Source: a virus (taxonomy: Duplodnaviria > Heunggongvirae > Uroviricota > Caudoviricetes). From it: a DNA stretch of 23,042 nucleotides. Positions 1 to 7,520 of this stretch are shown here, in pieces (positions within the stretch are counted from its first letter, which is position 1; each line of letters begins with the position of its first letter). The stretch covers positions 1 through 23,042 of IMG/VR virus record IMGVR_UViG_2563366964_000005; one strand, written 5' to 3'. The notes below the pieces were generated by a model, which was not told the origin of the DNA, did no database searches, and saw only the letters and a program-made list of their open reading frames with translations. A program made the translations under genes and the position numbers.

Positions 1-267
1 ATGCGTCTGATATCCCTGGGTGACCTCATCACCAATCCCGGTTCTGGGCGGCTCTCCACCTCCGACACCATCATACTTGGAGCCTTCCTTATCAGCTCCT
101 TTGTGCTCGTCTGGGTCACGGTCACCCGTTCTGAGATTGCGACTGAATTGTACTGGGCTTATCTGGGCGCGTGGGTTGCTCAGAGCCAGGCATCGAAGCA
201 CATGTCCATTAAACGAGCCAGAGAGGTGAACCATGTGGGCGATAACCCTGAAACTTCTCAAAGGTAA
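1..267 (+). CDS. 5'-truncated ORF of unknown function with one strongly hydrophobic segment (IILGAFLISSFVLVWVTV); sits directly upstream of the spanin genes, so possibly a lysis-cassette membrane protein
   Basis: Open frame runs from the window edge to a TAA at 265-267 and overlaps the Rz-like start at 233. No family recognised. Confidence 0.3.
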   Translation: MRLISLGDLITNPGSGRLSTSDTIILGAFLISSFVLVWVTVTRSEIATELYWAYLGAWVAQSQASKHMSIKRAREVNHVGDNPETSQR

Positions 268-862
268 CTGGAAGTCACTTCTGCTAATCGTCGTTCTGTC
301 GGGCGGTGGTGTATGGCTGGGAACGCTCATCACGCAATCGCGGTTGAGTGACCAGGCGCTGGCGTTCAGCAATGAAAAATCGACGCTTATCAGCGAGTTT
401 AACACGCAAAAATCACAGTGGGATCAGGAGCGTATTACCGCCGCGAACCAGTATGCGTCAGACCTTAAAGATGCGCTGGCGGCACAGCAAACCTGGCAGC
501 GTAAGGCTGACGAAATGAGTCGTCAGCTCGCGGAACAGGATGCATCCCATCAACGGGAAGTAAAAGACCTGAAAAAGAGGCTCAAAAATGCAATTAAAAG
601 CGATGGCAATACTTATACCGGTATTGGCCCTGCCAGCCTGCAACTCTGGCGTGAAGCCCTTGGCTACCCCACAGCCCAAACAGTCAACGCTGGTCACTAT
701 CTGCCAGAAACCACCGGCAGCGCTGCTGGTGATACCGGAGATGCCATCAGCGCCAGTGGCGGACTCTCTCCCTCCGGGATAGTTGGCCATAGCGCGGAAT
801 ATGGCAAATGGTGCCTGTCTCTCCGCGATCGTCTGCAAGCTATTAACGATTACTACAGGTGA
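233..862 (+). CDS. Rz-like i-spanin (inner-membrane spanin subunit)
   Basis: N-terminal transmembrane segment (SLLLIVVLSGGGVWLGTLI) followed by charged coiled-coil-like sequence; SD-like GAGG upstream of the ATG; a lipoprotein ORF is embedded in the +1 frame, the hallmark Rz/Rz1 architecture. Confidence 0.7.
   Translation: MWAITLKLLKGNWKSLLLIVVLSGGGVWLGTLITQSRLSDQALAFSNEKSTLISEFNTQKSQWDQERITAANQYASDLKDALAAQQTWQRKADEMSRQLAEQDASHQREVKDLKKRLKNAIKSDGNTYTGIGPASLQLWREALGYPTAQTVNAGHYLPETTGSAAGDTGDAISASGGLSPSGIVGHSAEYGKWCLSLRDRLQAINDYYR
588..782 (+). CDS. Rz1-like o-spanin (outer-membrane lipoprotein) embedded in the Rz-like gene
   Basis: 64 aa, entirely inside 233..862 in a different frame; signal peptide ending in lipobox-like LPAC with Cys18; proline-rich mature part; own SD (AGAGG about 7 nt upstream of ATG). 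Confidence 0.65.
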   Translation: MQLKAMAILIPVLALPACNSGVKPLATPQPKQSTLVTICQKPPAALLVIPEMPSAPVADSLPPG

Positions 863-1122
863 AAGGAGTGGACACGGTAATGACTCTCGACACGGCCTTC
901 CAGATTGCTCTGGGACTGGCCGCACTCTTTGGCGGCATTTTTATTCGCCGCCTGAATCAGGATATTCATGACCTCGAAAAAGCCGTCGAACGCATCCGCG
1001 ACGAGTATCAGCGCCGCGAAGATGCCCGGACGAACTACACAGCAATGATGGATGCGATGAAAGAGCTGCGAGCGGCCATTGAACGCATCGATAACAAACT
1101 CGACAGGAAAGCCGACAAATGA
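859..1122 (+). CDS. small membrane-anchored coiled-coil protein, function unknown (lysis-associated by position)
   Basis: GTG at 859 overlaps the Rz-like stop; alternative ATG at 880 lies downstream of AAGGAG. Predicted N-terminal TM (FQIALGLAALFGGIFI) then charged helical region. Confidence 0.5.
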   Translation: MKGVDTVMTLDTAFQIALGLAALFGGIFIRRLNQDIHDLEKAVERIRDEYQRREDARTNYTAMMDAMKELRAAIERIDNKLDRKADK

Positions 1123-1403
1123 AAGCCAGACAAAAGCGCCGTACTCGCCGTATCCCGATTGCCAGCGATGAGCAGGAAACGCTGAACCGAATCTCTGCTC
1201 AGCTCGATCGTCTGCAGATGCCAGTTAACCCCGATATCCTGGGTGGTATCAACGACAAGCTGGAGCGTATTGACTCACGTTTATCAGCCATTAATGCCGA
1301 TGCAACCCGCCATGGCGCAAAAGCCGGGGCTATCGCCGGTGGACTTACAGGCGGTCTTATTGCTGTAGCCATCCTGTTAATCCGCGCAAAACTGGAGTTA
1401 TGA
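1119..1403 (+). CDS. small tail-anchored membrane protein, function unknown
   Basis: ATGA start/stop overlap with the upstream gene; basic N-terminus, coiled-coil-like middle, C-terminal hydrophobic segment (GAIAGGLTGGLIAVAILLI). Confidence 0.5.
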   Translation: MKARQKRRTRRIPIASDEQETLNRISAQLDRLQMPVNPDILGGINDKLERIDSRLSAINADATRHGAKAGAIAGGLTGGLIAVAILLIRAKLEL

Positions 1404-1906
1404 GTATGGCCCATCCGCAGGAAACACGGGACAGACTGCGACGATCATACATCTTTGGCCAGATGTCACTGGAGATTGCGTCAGCTCAGGCGGGAGTTGC
1501 CTTTGCTACCGCCAGACGCTGGAAGAAAGAAGCTCAGGATGCTGGTGATGACTGGGACAAGCTCAGGGCAGCGCACATCATGGCTGGCAACGGTCTTGAG
1601 GATATTGGCCGCGCCATTCTTACCGGACTGATGACCCAGTATCAGGTGACGCTGGAACTGCTGACAACCGATGCTGATTTGCCACCAGACAAGCGGGTAG
1701 AACTGCTGTCCAGTCTGGCGGATGCCTTCAACAAGGCGGTAGCAGCGAACAAGAAGATACTACCGGAGGTCAGTCAGCTCGCTGTTGCTCTGGATGTGAT
1801 CCAGAAACTGAGCCTCTTTGTCTCTGAACAATACCCGCAGCACCTGGCGGCGTTCGTCGAGATTCTGGAGCCCTTCGGGGGCGAGATGGAGAAACACTAT
1901 GGCTGA
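1400..1906 (+). CDS. terminase small subunit candidate (HTH DNA-binding protein immediately upstream of the large terminase)
   Basis: 168 aa; N-terminal helix-turn-helix-like segment (QMSLEIASAQAGVAFATARRWKK); position before TerL; ATGA overlap with upstream gene. Recognised by recall only. Confidence 0.55.
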   Translation: MSMAHPQETRDRLRRSYIFGQMSLEIASAQAGVAFATARRWKKEAQDAGDDWDKLRAAHIMAGNGLEDIGRAILTGLMTQYQVTLELLTTDADLPPDKRVELLSSLADAFNKAVAANKKILPEVSQLAVALDVIQKLSLFVSEQYPQHLAAFVEILEPFGGEMEKHYG

Positions 1907-2114
1907 TAAATTGATTCGCGTTAACGAAAAAGTGAGTGTCATGGCCAGCACAGTGGCCTCAGTTTACATCGCATCAGGCTACTGCTTTGTCACAACCATC
2001 GACGGTGAACACCATGAACTGTCCTTTATGGGGGATTGTTACCGTACAAAAGAGAGCTTTGAAAAGGCAGTTAATGCCGCTTTAACCGGGGTTTCCTCCT
2101 GTGGCCAGTGGTAA
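1899..2114 (+). CDS. small hypothetical protein (about 71 aa from the ATG at 1899) between the terminase subunit genes
   Basis: The ORF track lists 1818..2114, but the likely start is the ATG at 1899 (MADKLIRVNEK...); overlaps the TerS-like stop and the TerL GTG start. No family recognised. Confidence 0.35.
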   Translation: MADKLIRVNEKVSVMASTVASVYIASGYCFVTTIDGEHHELSFMGDCYRTKESFEKAVNAALTGVSSCGQW

Positions 2115-3747
2115 AAAGCTTTCCAGCAAAGATTTCCTCGCCGAGCTCGCCGAGCTGGGGGCTAGCCTACGTCGGACCATCGAGGCCGAAGATGTTGGCT
2201 TTGATCCTAAACCCTCGGCGATTGAGGTTCGGCGTGCCTGTGTGGCTGACCCCTCCACGGGATTTGAGTATTTCGTGCAGAACTACTTCCCGCATTACGT
2301 GCGTCATACAGCGAAAAGCGAGCTGCATAAATACCTTTATTCCCGCCTTCCGGAACTTATCCAGGCGACAACCGGGCAGAACGACGCCATCGCAGCACCT
2401 CGCGGCGAAGCCAAGTCCACCATCGTGAGCCAGCTGTTTGTTATCTGGTGCATCGTTCTGGCGCTCAAACATTACCCGGTCATCATTATGGACTCGATAG
2501 ACCAGGCATACCCGATGCTGGAAGCTATCAAAGCAGAGCTGCAGTTCAACCCGCGTCTGCTGATGGACTTCCCGGAGGCGACGGGCGGCGGCCGCGTCTG
2601 GCAGGCAGGGACTATCCTCACGCGTAACGATATTAAGGTTCAGGTCGCCGGTAGTGGTAAAAAGCTGCGTGGCCTGCGGCATGGCCCATATCGTCCTGAC
2701 CTTGCTGTACTCGATGATATTGAGAACGACGAACAGGTACGAAACCCCGAACAGCGCGACAAACTTGATAACTGGCTCAAGAAAACCGTTCTGCCGTTGG
2801 GGGGAGCCGGTGCCAAATTTGATGTCGTTTATATCGGCACCATTCTGCATCATGATTCGGTCCTATCCCGCACGCTGAAGAATCCACTGTGGAAACGAGC
2901 CCGCTTTAAAGCGCTCATCAGCTGGCCGCACAATATGGATTTGTGGGACCGCTGGGAAGAGATCCTTCGCAACAATGATGAAGATGGCGAGATGCTGGCA
3001 CAGGCATTCTATCAGCAGCACCGGGCCGAAATGGATGCCGGTGCCGTTGTTTCGTGGGACGCCCGCCCGCTTTATACGCTGATGCTGATTCGTGCGCGTG
3101 ATGGCCACGGCACTTTCGATGCCGAATACCAGAATGACCCGGTTAACGGCGAAGATGCTCCGTTCAATGGCTGTATCAACTTCTGGGTGAACCGTCTGGC
3201 GGAATGGCGCTTTTATGGTGCCTGCGACCCGAGTCTGGGTAAGGCCGGTAACAGTCGTGACCCCTCCGCGCTGCTGGTTGGTGGCTTTAATCGCTTCACC
3301 GGTATTCTGGACGTTGTTGAAGCCCGCATCCGCAAGCGCGTACCCGACCGCATCATTTCCGATGTGATCGAGCTGCAGCGCGAGTACAACTGTCTCATCT
3401 GGGCGGTTGAGTCCGTTCAGTTCCAGGAGTTTCTGCGTACCGAACTGGTGAAACGCTCGGCCATGGCCGGGGTGCCGGTTCCGGCCCGCGCCGTCACCCC
3501 CAGTGCAGATAAATTGCTGCGTATCGAATCCCTGCAGCCGCATATGGCCAATGGCCTCATCCGTCTTCACCCCACCCAAACCACGCTGATTGACCAGCTC
3601 CGGCACTTCCCGAAAGCAGACCATGATGACGGGCCTGATGCCCTGCACATGCTATGGGCGCTGGCAGTGTCTGGCGCGGGTAACTTTGATTTTAAACCGG
3701 CACCGCGCCGCAGCGGCGATCGGTTCGGCTCATCCGGAGGATGGTAA
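2101..3747 (+). CDS. terminase large subunit (ATPase plus nuclease)
   Basis: 548 aa; Walker-A-like APRGEAKST; acidic LAVLDDIEND segment; C-terminal nuclease-like region; located just upstream of the portal gene. GTG start at 2101. Confidence 0.85.
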   Translation: MASGKKLSSKDFLAELAELGASLRRTIEAEDVGFDPKPSAIEVRRACVADPSTGFEYFVQNYFPHYVRHTAKSELHKYLYSRLPELIQATTGQNDAIAAPRGEAKSTIVSQLFVIWCIVLALKHYPVIIMDSIDQAYPMLEAIKAELQFNPRLLMDFPEATGGGRVWQAGTILTRNDIKVQVAGSGKKLRGLRHGPYRPDLAVLDDIENDEQVRNPEQRDKLDNWLKKTVLPLGGAGAKFDVVYIGTILHHDSVLSRTLKNPLWKRARFKALISWPHNMDLWDRWEEILRNNDEDGEMLAQAFYQQHRAEMDAGAVVSWDARPLYTLMLIRARDGHGTFDAEYQNDPVNGEDAPFNGCINFWVNRLAEWRFYGACDPSLGKAGNSRDPSALLVGGFNRFTGILDVVEARIRKRVPDRIISDVIELQREYNCLIWAVESVQFQEFLRTELVKRSAMAGVPVPARAVTPSADKLLRIESLQPHMANGLIRLHPTQTTLIDQLRHFPKADHDDGPDALHMLWALAVSGAGNFDFKPAPRRSGDRFGSSGGW

Positions 3748-3750
3748 TAA

Positions 3751-5331
3751 ATGGTTCAAATCCTTGACCAGTATGGTCGCCCGCTCAACAAAGACGTGCT
3801 GAAAGCCCCTCAGACCGCACGCACCGTGCAGCTGAACCGGGACTGGCCGACGCATCCCTCACGCGGAATGACGATCGCCCGTTTGCCTCGTATCCTGGAG
3901 GCGGCTGAGCGCGGCGATATTTCCGCCCAGGCAGACCTCTTCGAAGATATGGTTGAGCGGGACGGCCATATTTTCTCTGAGATGGCCAAACGCAAGAATG
4001 CGTTGCTGACGCTGGACTGGAGTATCGAACCGCCGCCGAACGCCACCGCCGAAGAGAAGCAACTGGCGGCAATGGTGGCGAGCTGGTTTGCTGACCTGCA
4101 GGAAATGGAAGATATCACTCTCAATGCGGCCGAGGCGATTGGCCACGGTTTTTCCGCTCAGGAGATTGAGAAGTGGGAGCGAGACGGGAATCTGTGGTTG
4201 CCTACCCGAATCAAGTTACGCCCGCATCGCTGGTTCTGCACCACCCCGGATAAAGGTGATGAAATCCGGCTGAATAATGGGTCGATGGACGGCGAAGAAC
4301 TGTGGCCGTTCGGCTGGCTGGTCCATACGCACAATGCTAAATCTGGCTATATCGCCCAGTCCGGCCTGTACCGCGTGCTGGTCTGGCCGTACCTCTTCAA
4401 AAACTACAGCGTACGTGACCTGGCCGAGTTCCTGGAGATATACGGTCTGCCCGCGCGTATCGGTACTTATATCGCCGGGGCCACGCAGGACGAGCAGGAC
4501 AAGCTGATGGAGGCGCTTGTCACGCTTGGCCATAATGCCTCTGGTATTATTCCCGAAGGGGCCAAAATTGAGTTTAAGGAAGCGGCGAACGGCCAGTCTG
4601 ATCCCTTTATGGCCATGATTAGCTGGGCTGAGCGCACTGAATCAAAAGTTATCCTCGGTGGCACGCTGACTTCCCAGGCGGACGGTAAGTCCTCAACCAA
4701 CGCGCTGGGCGTTGTACACAATGAGGTCCGCCATGACCTGTTGACCGCTGATGCTCGCCAGATAGAGGGCTTTTATCGGGGAGTTATTCGCATGTTACTG
4801 GCGATTAACGGGTACGATGTCAGCCCACGCCGCCAGCCCAGACTGGTCTTTGATACCCGCGAGCTGGAAAATATCCAGGTCTTCGCCGAGGGCGTATCAA
4901 AGCTGGTTGGTGCGGGGATGAAGACTATCCCGGTCAGTTGGGTGCATAAAAAGATTGGTATCCCGGAACCGAAAGACAATGAAGCCGTGTTGACGCCTCC
5001 GGCCTCGCCGCTTTCGTTACAGGCACTGACGACTCAGGCAGCGGCTTCTCCGTTCCGTCATTTTACTGCGCTGAGCAGTACCGGTGAGATTACTGACCCT
5101 GCACAGGAGGCGCTGGATAACTCCCTTCAGCCAGGTGCCGCCATTAACCTGGCGATGGAAAAGCTGATCACCCCATTAGTGGCTGCGCTGCAACAAGGCC
5201 AGACGCCTGATGAGGCGATGGACATTATCGCCGCCAGCTATCCACAGCTCGATGATTCGATGCTCCGGCAGCTGCTGCACCAGGCATTGTTCGTGAGTGA
5301 GGTCTGGGGGCGACTCAATGCCGAAAGCTGA
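3751..5331 (+). CDS. portal protein, Mu gp29-like
   Basis: 526 aa; strong SD (GGAGGA) upstream; follows TerL and precedes an F-like gene; sequence character typical of Mu-type portals. Confidence 0.85.
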   Translation: MVQILDQYGRPLNKDVLKAPQTARTVQLNRDWPTHPSRGMTIARLPRILEAAERGDISAQADLFEDMVERDGHIFSEMAKRKNALLTLDWSIEPPPNATAEEKQLAAMVASWFADLQEMEDITLNAAEAIGHGFSAQEIEKWERDGNLWLPTRIKLRPHRWFCTTPDKGDEIRLNNGSMDGEELWPFGWLVHTHNAKSGYIAQSGLYRVLVWPYLFKNYSVRDLAEFLEIYGLPARIGTYIAGATQDEQDKLMEALVTLGHNASGIIPEGAKIEFKEAANGQSDPFMAMISWAERTESKVILGGTLTSQADGKSSTNALGVVHNEVRHDLLTADARQIEGFYRGVIRMLLAINGYDVSPRRQPRLVFDTRELENIQVFAEGVSKLVGAGMKTIPVSWVHKKIGIPEPKDNEAVLTPPASPLSLQALTTQAAASPFRHFTALSSTGEITDPAQEALDNSLQPGAAINLAMEKLITPLVAALQQGQTPDEAMDIIAASYPQLDDSMLRQLLHQALFVSEVWGRLNAES

Positions 5332-6571
5332 TGTTGATCTCGGGTATGCCATTGGTCTGAAGCCGGAAGAAGCCATCCGCTATTTTGAGTCTAAGGGCTA
5401 CGTCATAGGCTTTAACTGGCACGATGTTGAAGCCCGCACCCATGCCACTGAATTCACGGTCGCAGGCGTTCTTAAGCAGGATATTCTGACCGATATTCAC
5501 GGCGCTCTGCAGGCTCATCTGGAGAATGGCGGCACGCTGCGTGACTTCGAACGCCAGCTGACGCCAACCCTGATTCGTAAAGGCTGGCTGGCCGATAAAG
5601 CACGCTTAATCGCAGATGAGGATGGTGTGCTGGAGGGCAAGCAGCTGACACCACGCCGCCTGCGTACCATCTTCGAAACCAACATGCAGGCGGCGTATGG
5701 TGCCGGACGTTATGAAGAGCAGATGGCCAACGCGGAGTTTCGTCCTGTCTGGGAACGTGTGGCCGTCATGGATTTGCGTACCCGACCGCGACACGCGGCA
5801 CTGAACGGTTTTACCGCCCGCTACGATGATCCGGTCTGGCAGTTCATGTATCCGCCCGATGGCTATCATTGCCGCTGCCGTATCCGGGCACGTTCACTGG
5901 CCGAGGCTGAACGTCTTGGGATTGTGCTTAAATCCTGGGAACAGGATATCGTCACCGTCCAGCAGGCGTGGGGGCCCAATGATACCCGAGAGGTTCAGGC
6001 GCTGCGCTTTAACGGTGAGCTTTATACCCCGGATGCGGGCTTTGGTCACAATCCGGGTCAGGGCTGGCTGTCTTCTCTGGGGCAGCGTCTGATGGACCAG
6101 TCCGTCACTGCACCACCCAGAACGGCCGCGCTGGCCATCAGCGAAACACTTTCCGACCCGGCTGTATTATCTTCCGTCAGCGACGATGTACGCCGATGGG
6201 TGGATGCCGTCAGCGTTCGGGGTAAAACCAGAGGTGACCTCAGGCGTGTCGGCGGGGTTTCGCCTGACTTGCTTGACCGCCTTGAAGAGCGCGGTATTCG
6301 CCAGCCGGTCACACTCAGTATCCATGAATCAGACGTCCGTCAGGCTCCGGGGCCGATGTGGTCAGAACTTCCTGCGCTGCTGGCCAGTGACGGGGATGTC
6401 TGGCTCGATGGTGATAATTTAGTGTGGACGATGGTCGCAGACCAGGGGACTCGCGCGGTCCGGGCTGCGCCTGCTGCAGACGGCTGGCGATTGTCACTCG
6501 TCAATGGCGGCGATGTTATCCGTCCACAGGATATTGCTGATGATGCTGTATTACTGAGGCCGAAACCATGA
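5318..6571 (+). CDS. head morphogenesis protein, Mu F-like
   Basis: ORF opens at GTG 5297; preferred start is ATG 5318 downstream of a GGGGG run; overlaps the portal stop; position and sequence fit the F-like minor head protein family. Confidence 0.8.
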   Translation: MPKADVDLGYAIGLKPEEAIRYFESKGYVIGFNWHDVEARTHATEFTVAGVLKQDILTDIHGALQAHLENGGTLRDFERQLTPTLIRKGWLADKARLIADEDGVLEGKQLTPRRLRTIFETNMQAAYGAGRYEEQMANAEFRPVWERVAVMDLRTRPRHAALNGFTARYDDPVWQFMYPPDGYHCRCRIRARSLAEAERLGIVLKSWEQDIVTVQQAWGPNDTREVQALRFNGELYTPDAGFGHNPGQGWLSSLGQRLMDQSVTAPPRTAALAISETLSDPAVLSSVSDDVRRWVDAVSVRGKTRGDLRRVGGVSPDLLDRLEERGIRQPVTLSIHESDVRQAPGPMWSELPALLASDGDVWLDGDNLVWTMVADQGTRAVRAAPAADGWRLSLVNGGDVIRPQDIADDAVLLRPKP

Positions 6572-7113
6572 GTTATACCATTACCTATGATATCGGCGAC
6601 TTCGAACGTTCTCTGGGCGAGCTCATCAATAAGCTGGAGCAGCGTGAGCCGCTGATGCGGGAAATGGCAGCAGCGATGGCCGATGCGGTTGAAGAGAACT
6701 TTGCCCGCGAAGGTCGCCCGGAGTGGATGGGATGGAGTCCGGCATATGCCCGTAAACGTCATGGCGGAAAAATCCTGCAACGTTCTGGCAGGTTGGCCAA
6801 AAGTATTACGCAGTTCAGTACCAACGACGAAGCGGTTGTTGGTACTAACGTGAAATATGCCCGTATTCATCAGGAAGGCGGTGAAATCAGTATTGCCGCC
6901 AGGAGCCAGCGAGCCTATTACCGCCAGTATAAAAATGGGTCGGTTGGTAATCGGTTCGTGAAAAAGTCGCGGTCTAACTTCACCCAGTGGAATACCATTG
7001 GTGCATATAAAATTAAGATGCCCGCACGACCGTTCCTGCACCTGACCGAGGATGACGTCAGCGGGATGGAAACAACCGCTGAAAGCTATCTCCAGCGTAT
7101 TATCGATGGATAA
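6568..7113 (+). CDS. virion morphogenesis protein, Mu G-like
   Basis: 181 aa; ATGA overlap with the F-like gene; position and sequence fit the Mu G family. Confidence 0.75.
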   Translation: MSYTITYDIGDFERSLGELINKLEQREPLMREMAAAMADAVEENFAREGRPEWMGWSPAYARKRHGGKILQRSGRLAKSITQFSTNDEAVVGTNVKYARIHQEGGEISIAARSQRAYYRQYKNGSVGNRFVKKSRSNFTQWNTIGAYKIKMPARPFLHLTEDDVSGMETTAESYLQRIIDG

Positions 7114-7256
7114 GCGTAACGGCGCTGTAAGCCACGCAGACGCGTTTATCGCAAATGTGGTAGAGTGATTCGCCTCATCCCCTGTTAATCGTTTTTAAAA
7201 GGGGTTTAAAAAGCCCTGGCGATATCGTCGGGGGGCTCATTCGATTAACGGGGGAA

Positions 7257-7466
7257 GTGGTGGAAACCTTCAAGGCATTCCTGGATTATTTTACGGTGAC
7301 GCAATGGGTCATCATTGGGATCGGCTTCAGGGTGTTTCTCTGGATTCTCGATCGCCTGACCGACCGTTATTTCGAACGGCGATTCCAGAAGCGCCGCCAG
7401 TCTCTCCGGAATGAGATGACAGAAAAGCAGAAAAGCCCGCCCCACGACAACAGCCCCCACGCTTAA
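7257..7466 (+). CDS. small putative membrane protein (69 aa) in an intergenic insertion
   Basis: GTG start preceded by GGGGGAAG; one hydrophobic helix (VTQWVIIGIGFRVFLWIL) then a basic tail; lies in a ~400 bp gap between otherwise tightly packed genes. A minus-strand ORF (7245..7460) covers the same DNA, so the coding strand is uncertain. Confidence 0.3.
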   Translation: MVETFKAFLDYFTVTQWVIIGIGFRVFLWILDRLTDRYFERRFQKRRQSLRNEMTEKQKSPPHDNSPHA

Positions 7467-7520
7467 TCACTGAACCCCTTCAACTTATTCCCTTTTTAGT
7501 GGTGCTGTACGCTCAGCACC
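7463..7520 (+). promoter_or_regulatory. conserved 18-bp element (CACTGAACCCCTTCAACT, 7468-7485) plus U-rich spacer and perfect 7-bp hairpin (7501-7507/7514-7520) abutting the ATG at 7521; candidate late promoter or translational control site
   Basis: Exact 18/18 repeat of the element at 19256-19273; the same spacing to the start codon; the downstream gene has no SD. Confidence 0.5.

Noticed and set aside
2108-2428. Alternative-frame ORF (106 aa) at the start of the terminase gene, and ORF 20..229 in the first gene
   Set aside because: Both overlap better-supported frames and translate to low-complexity Pro/Ser/Arg-rich sequence typical of off-frame GC-rich DNA.
2863-3648. 261-aa minus-strand ORF antisense to the large terminase gene
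   Set aside because: Lies wholly inside a confidently assigned + strand gene; long antisense ORFs are common in GC-rich coding DNA; no start context or recognisable features.
6340-7041. 233-aa minus-strand ORF antisense to the F-like and G-like genes
   Set aside because: Antisense shadow ORF spanning two well-supported + strand genes.
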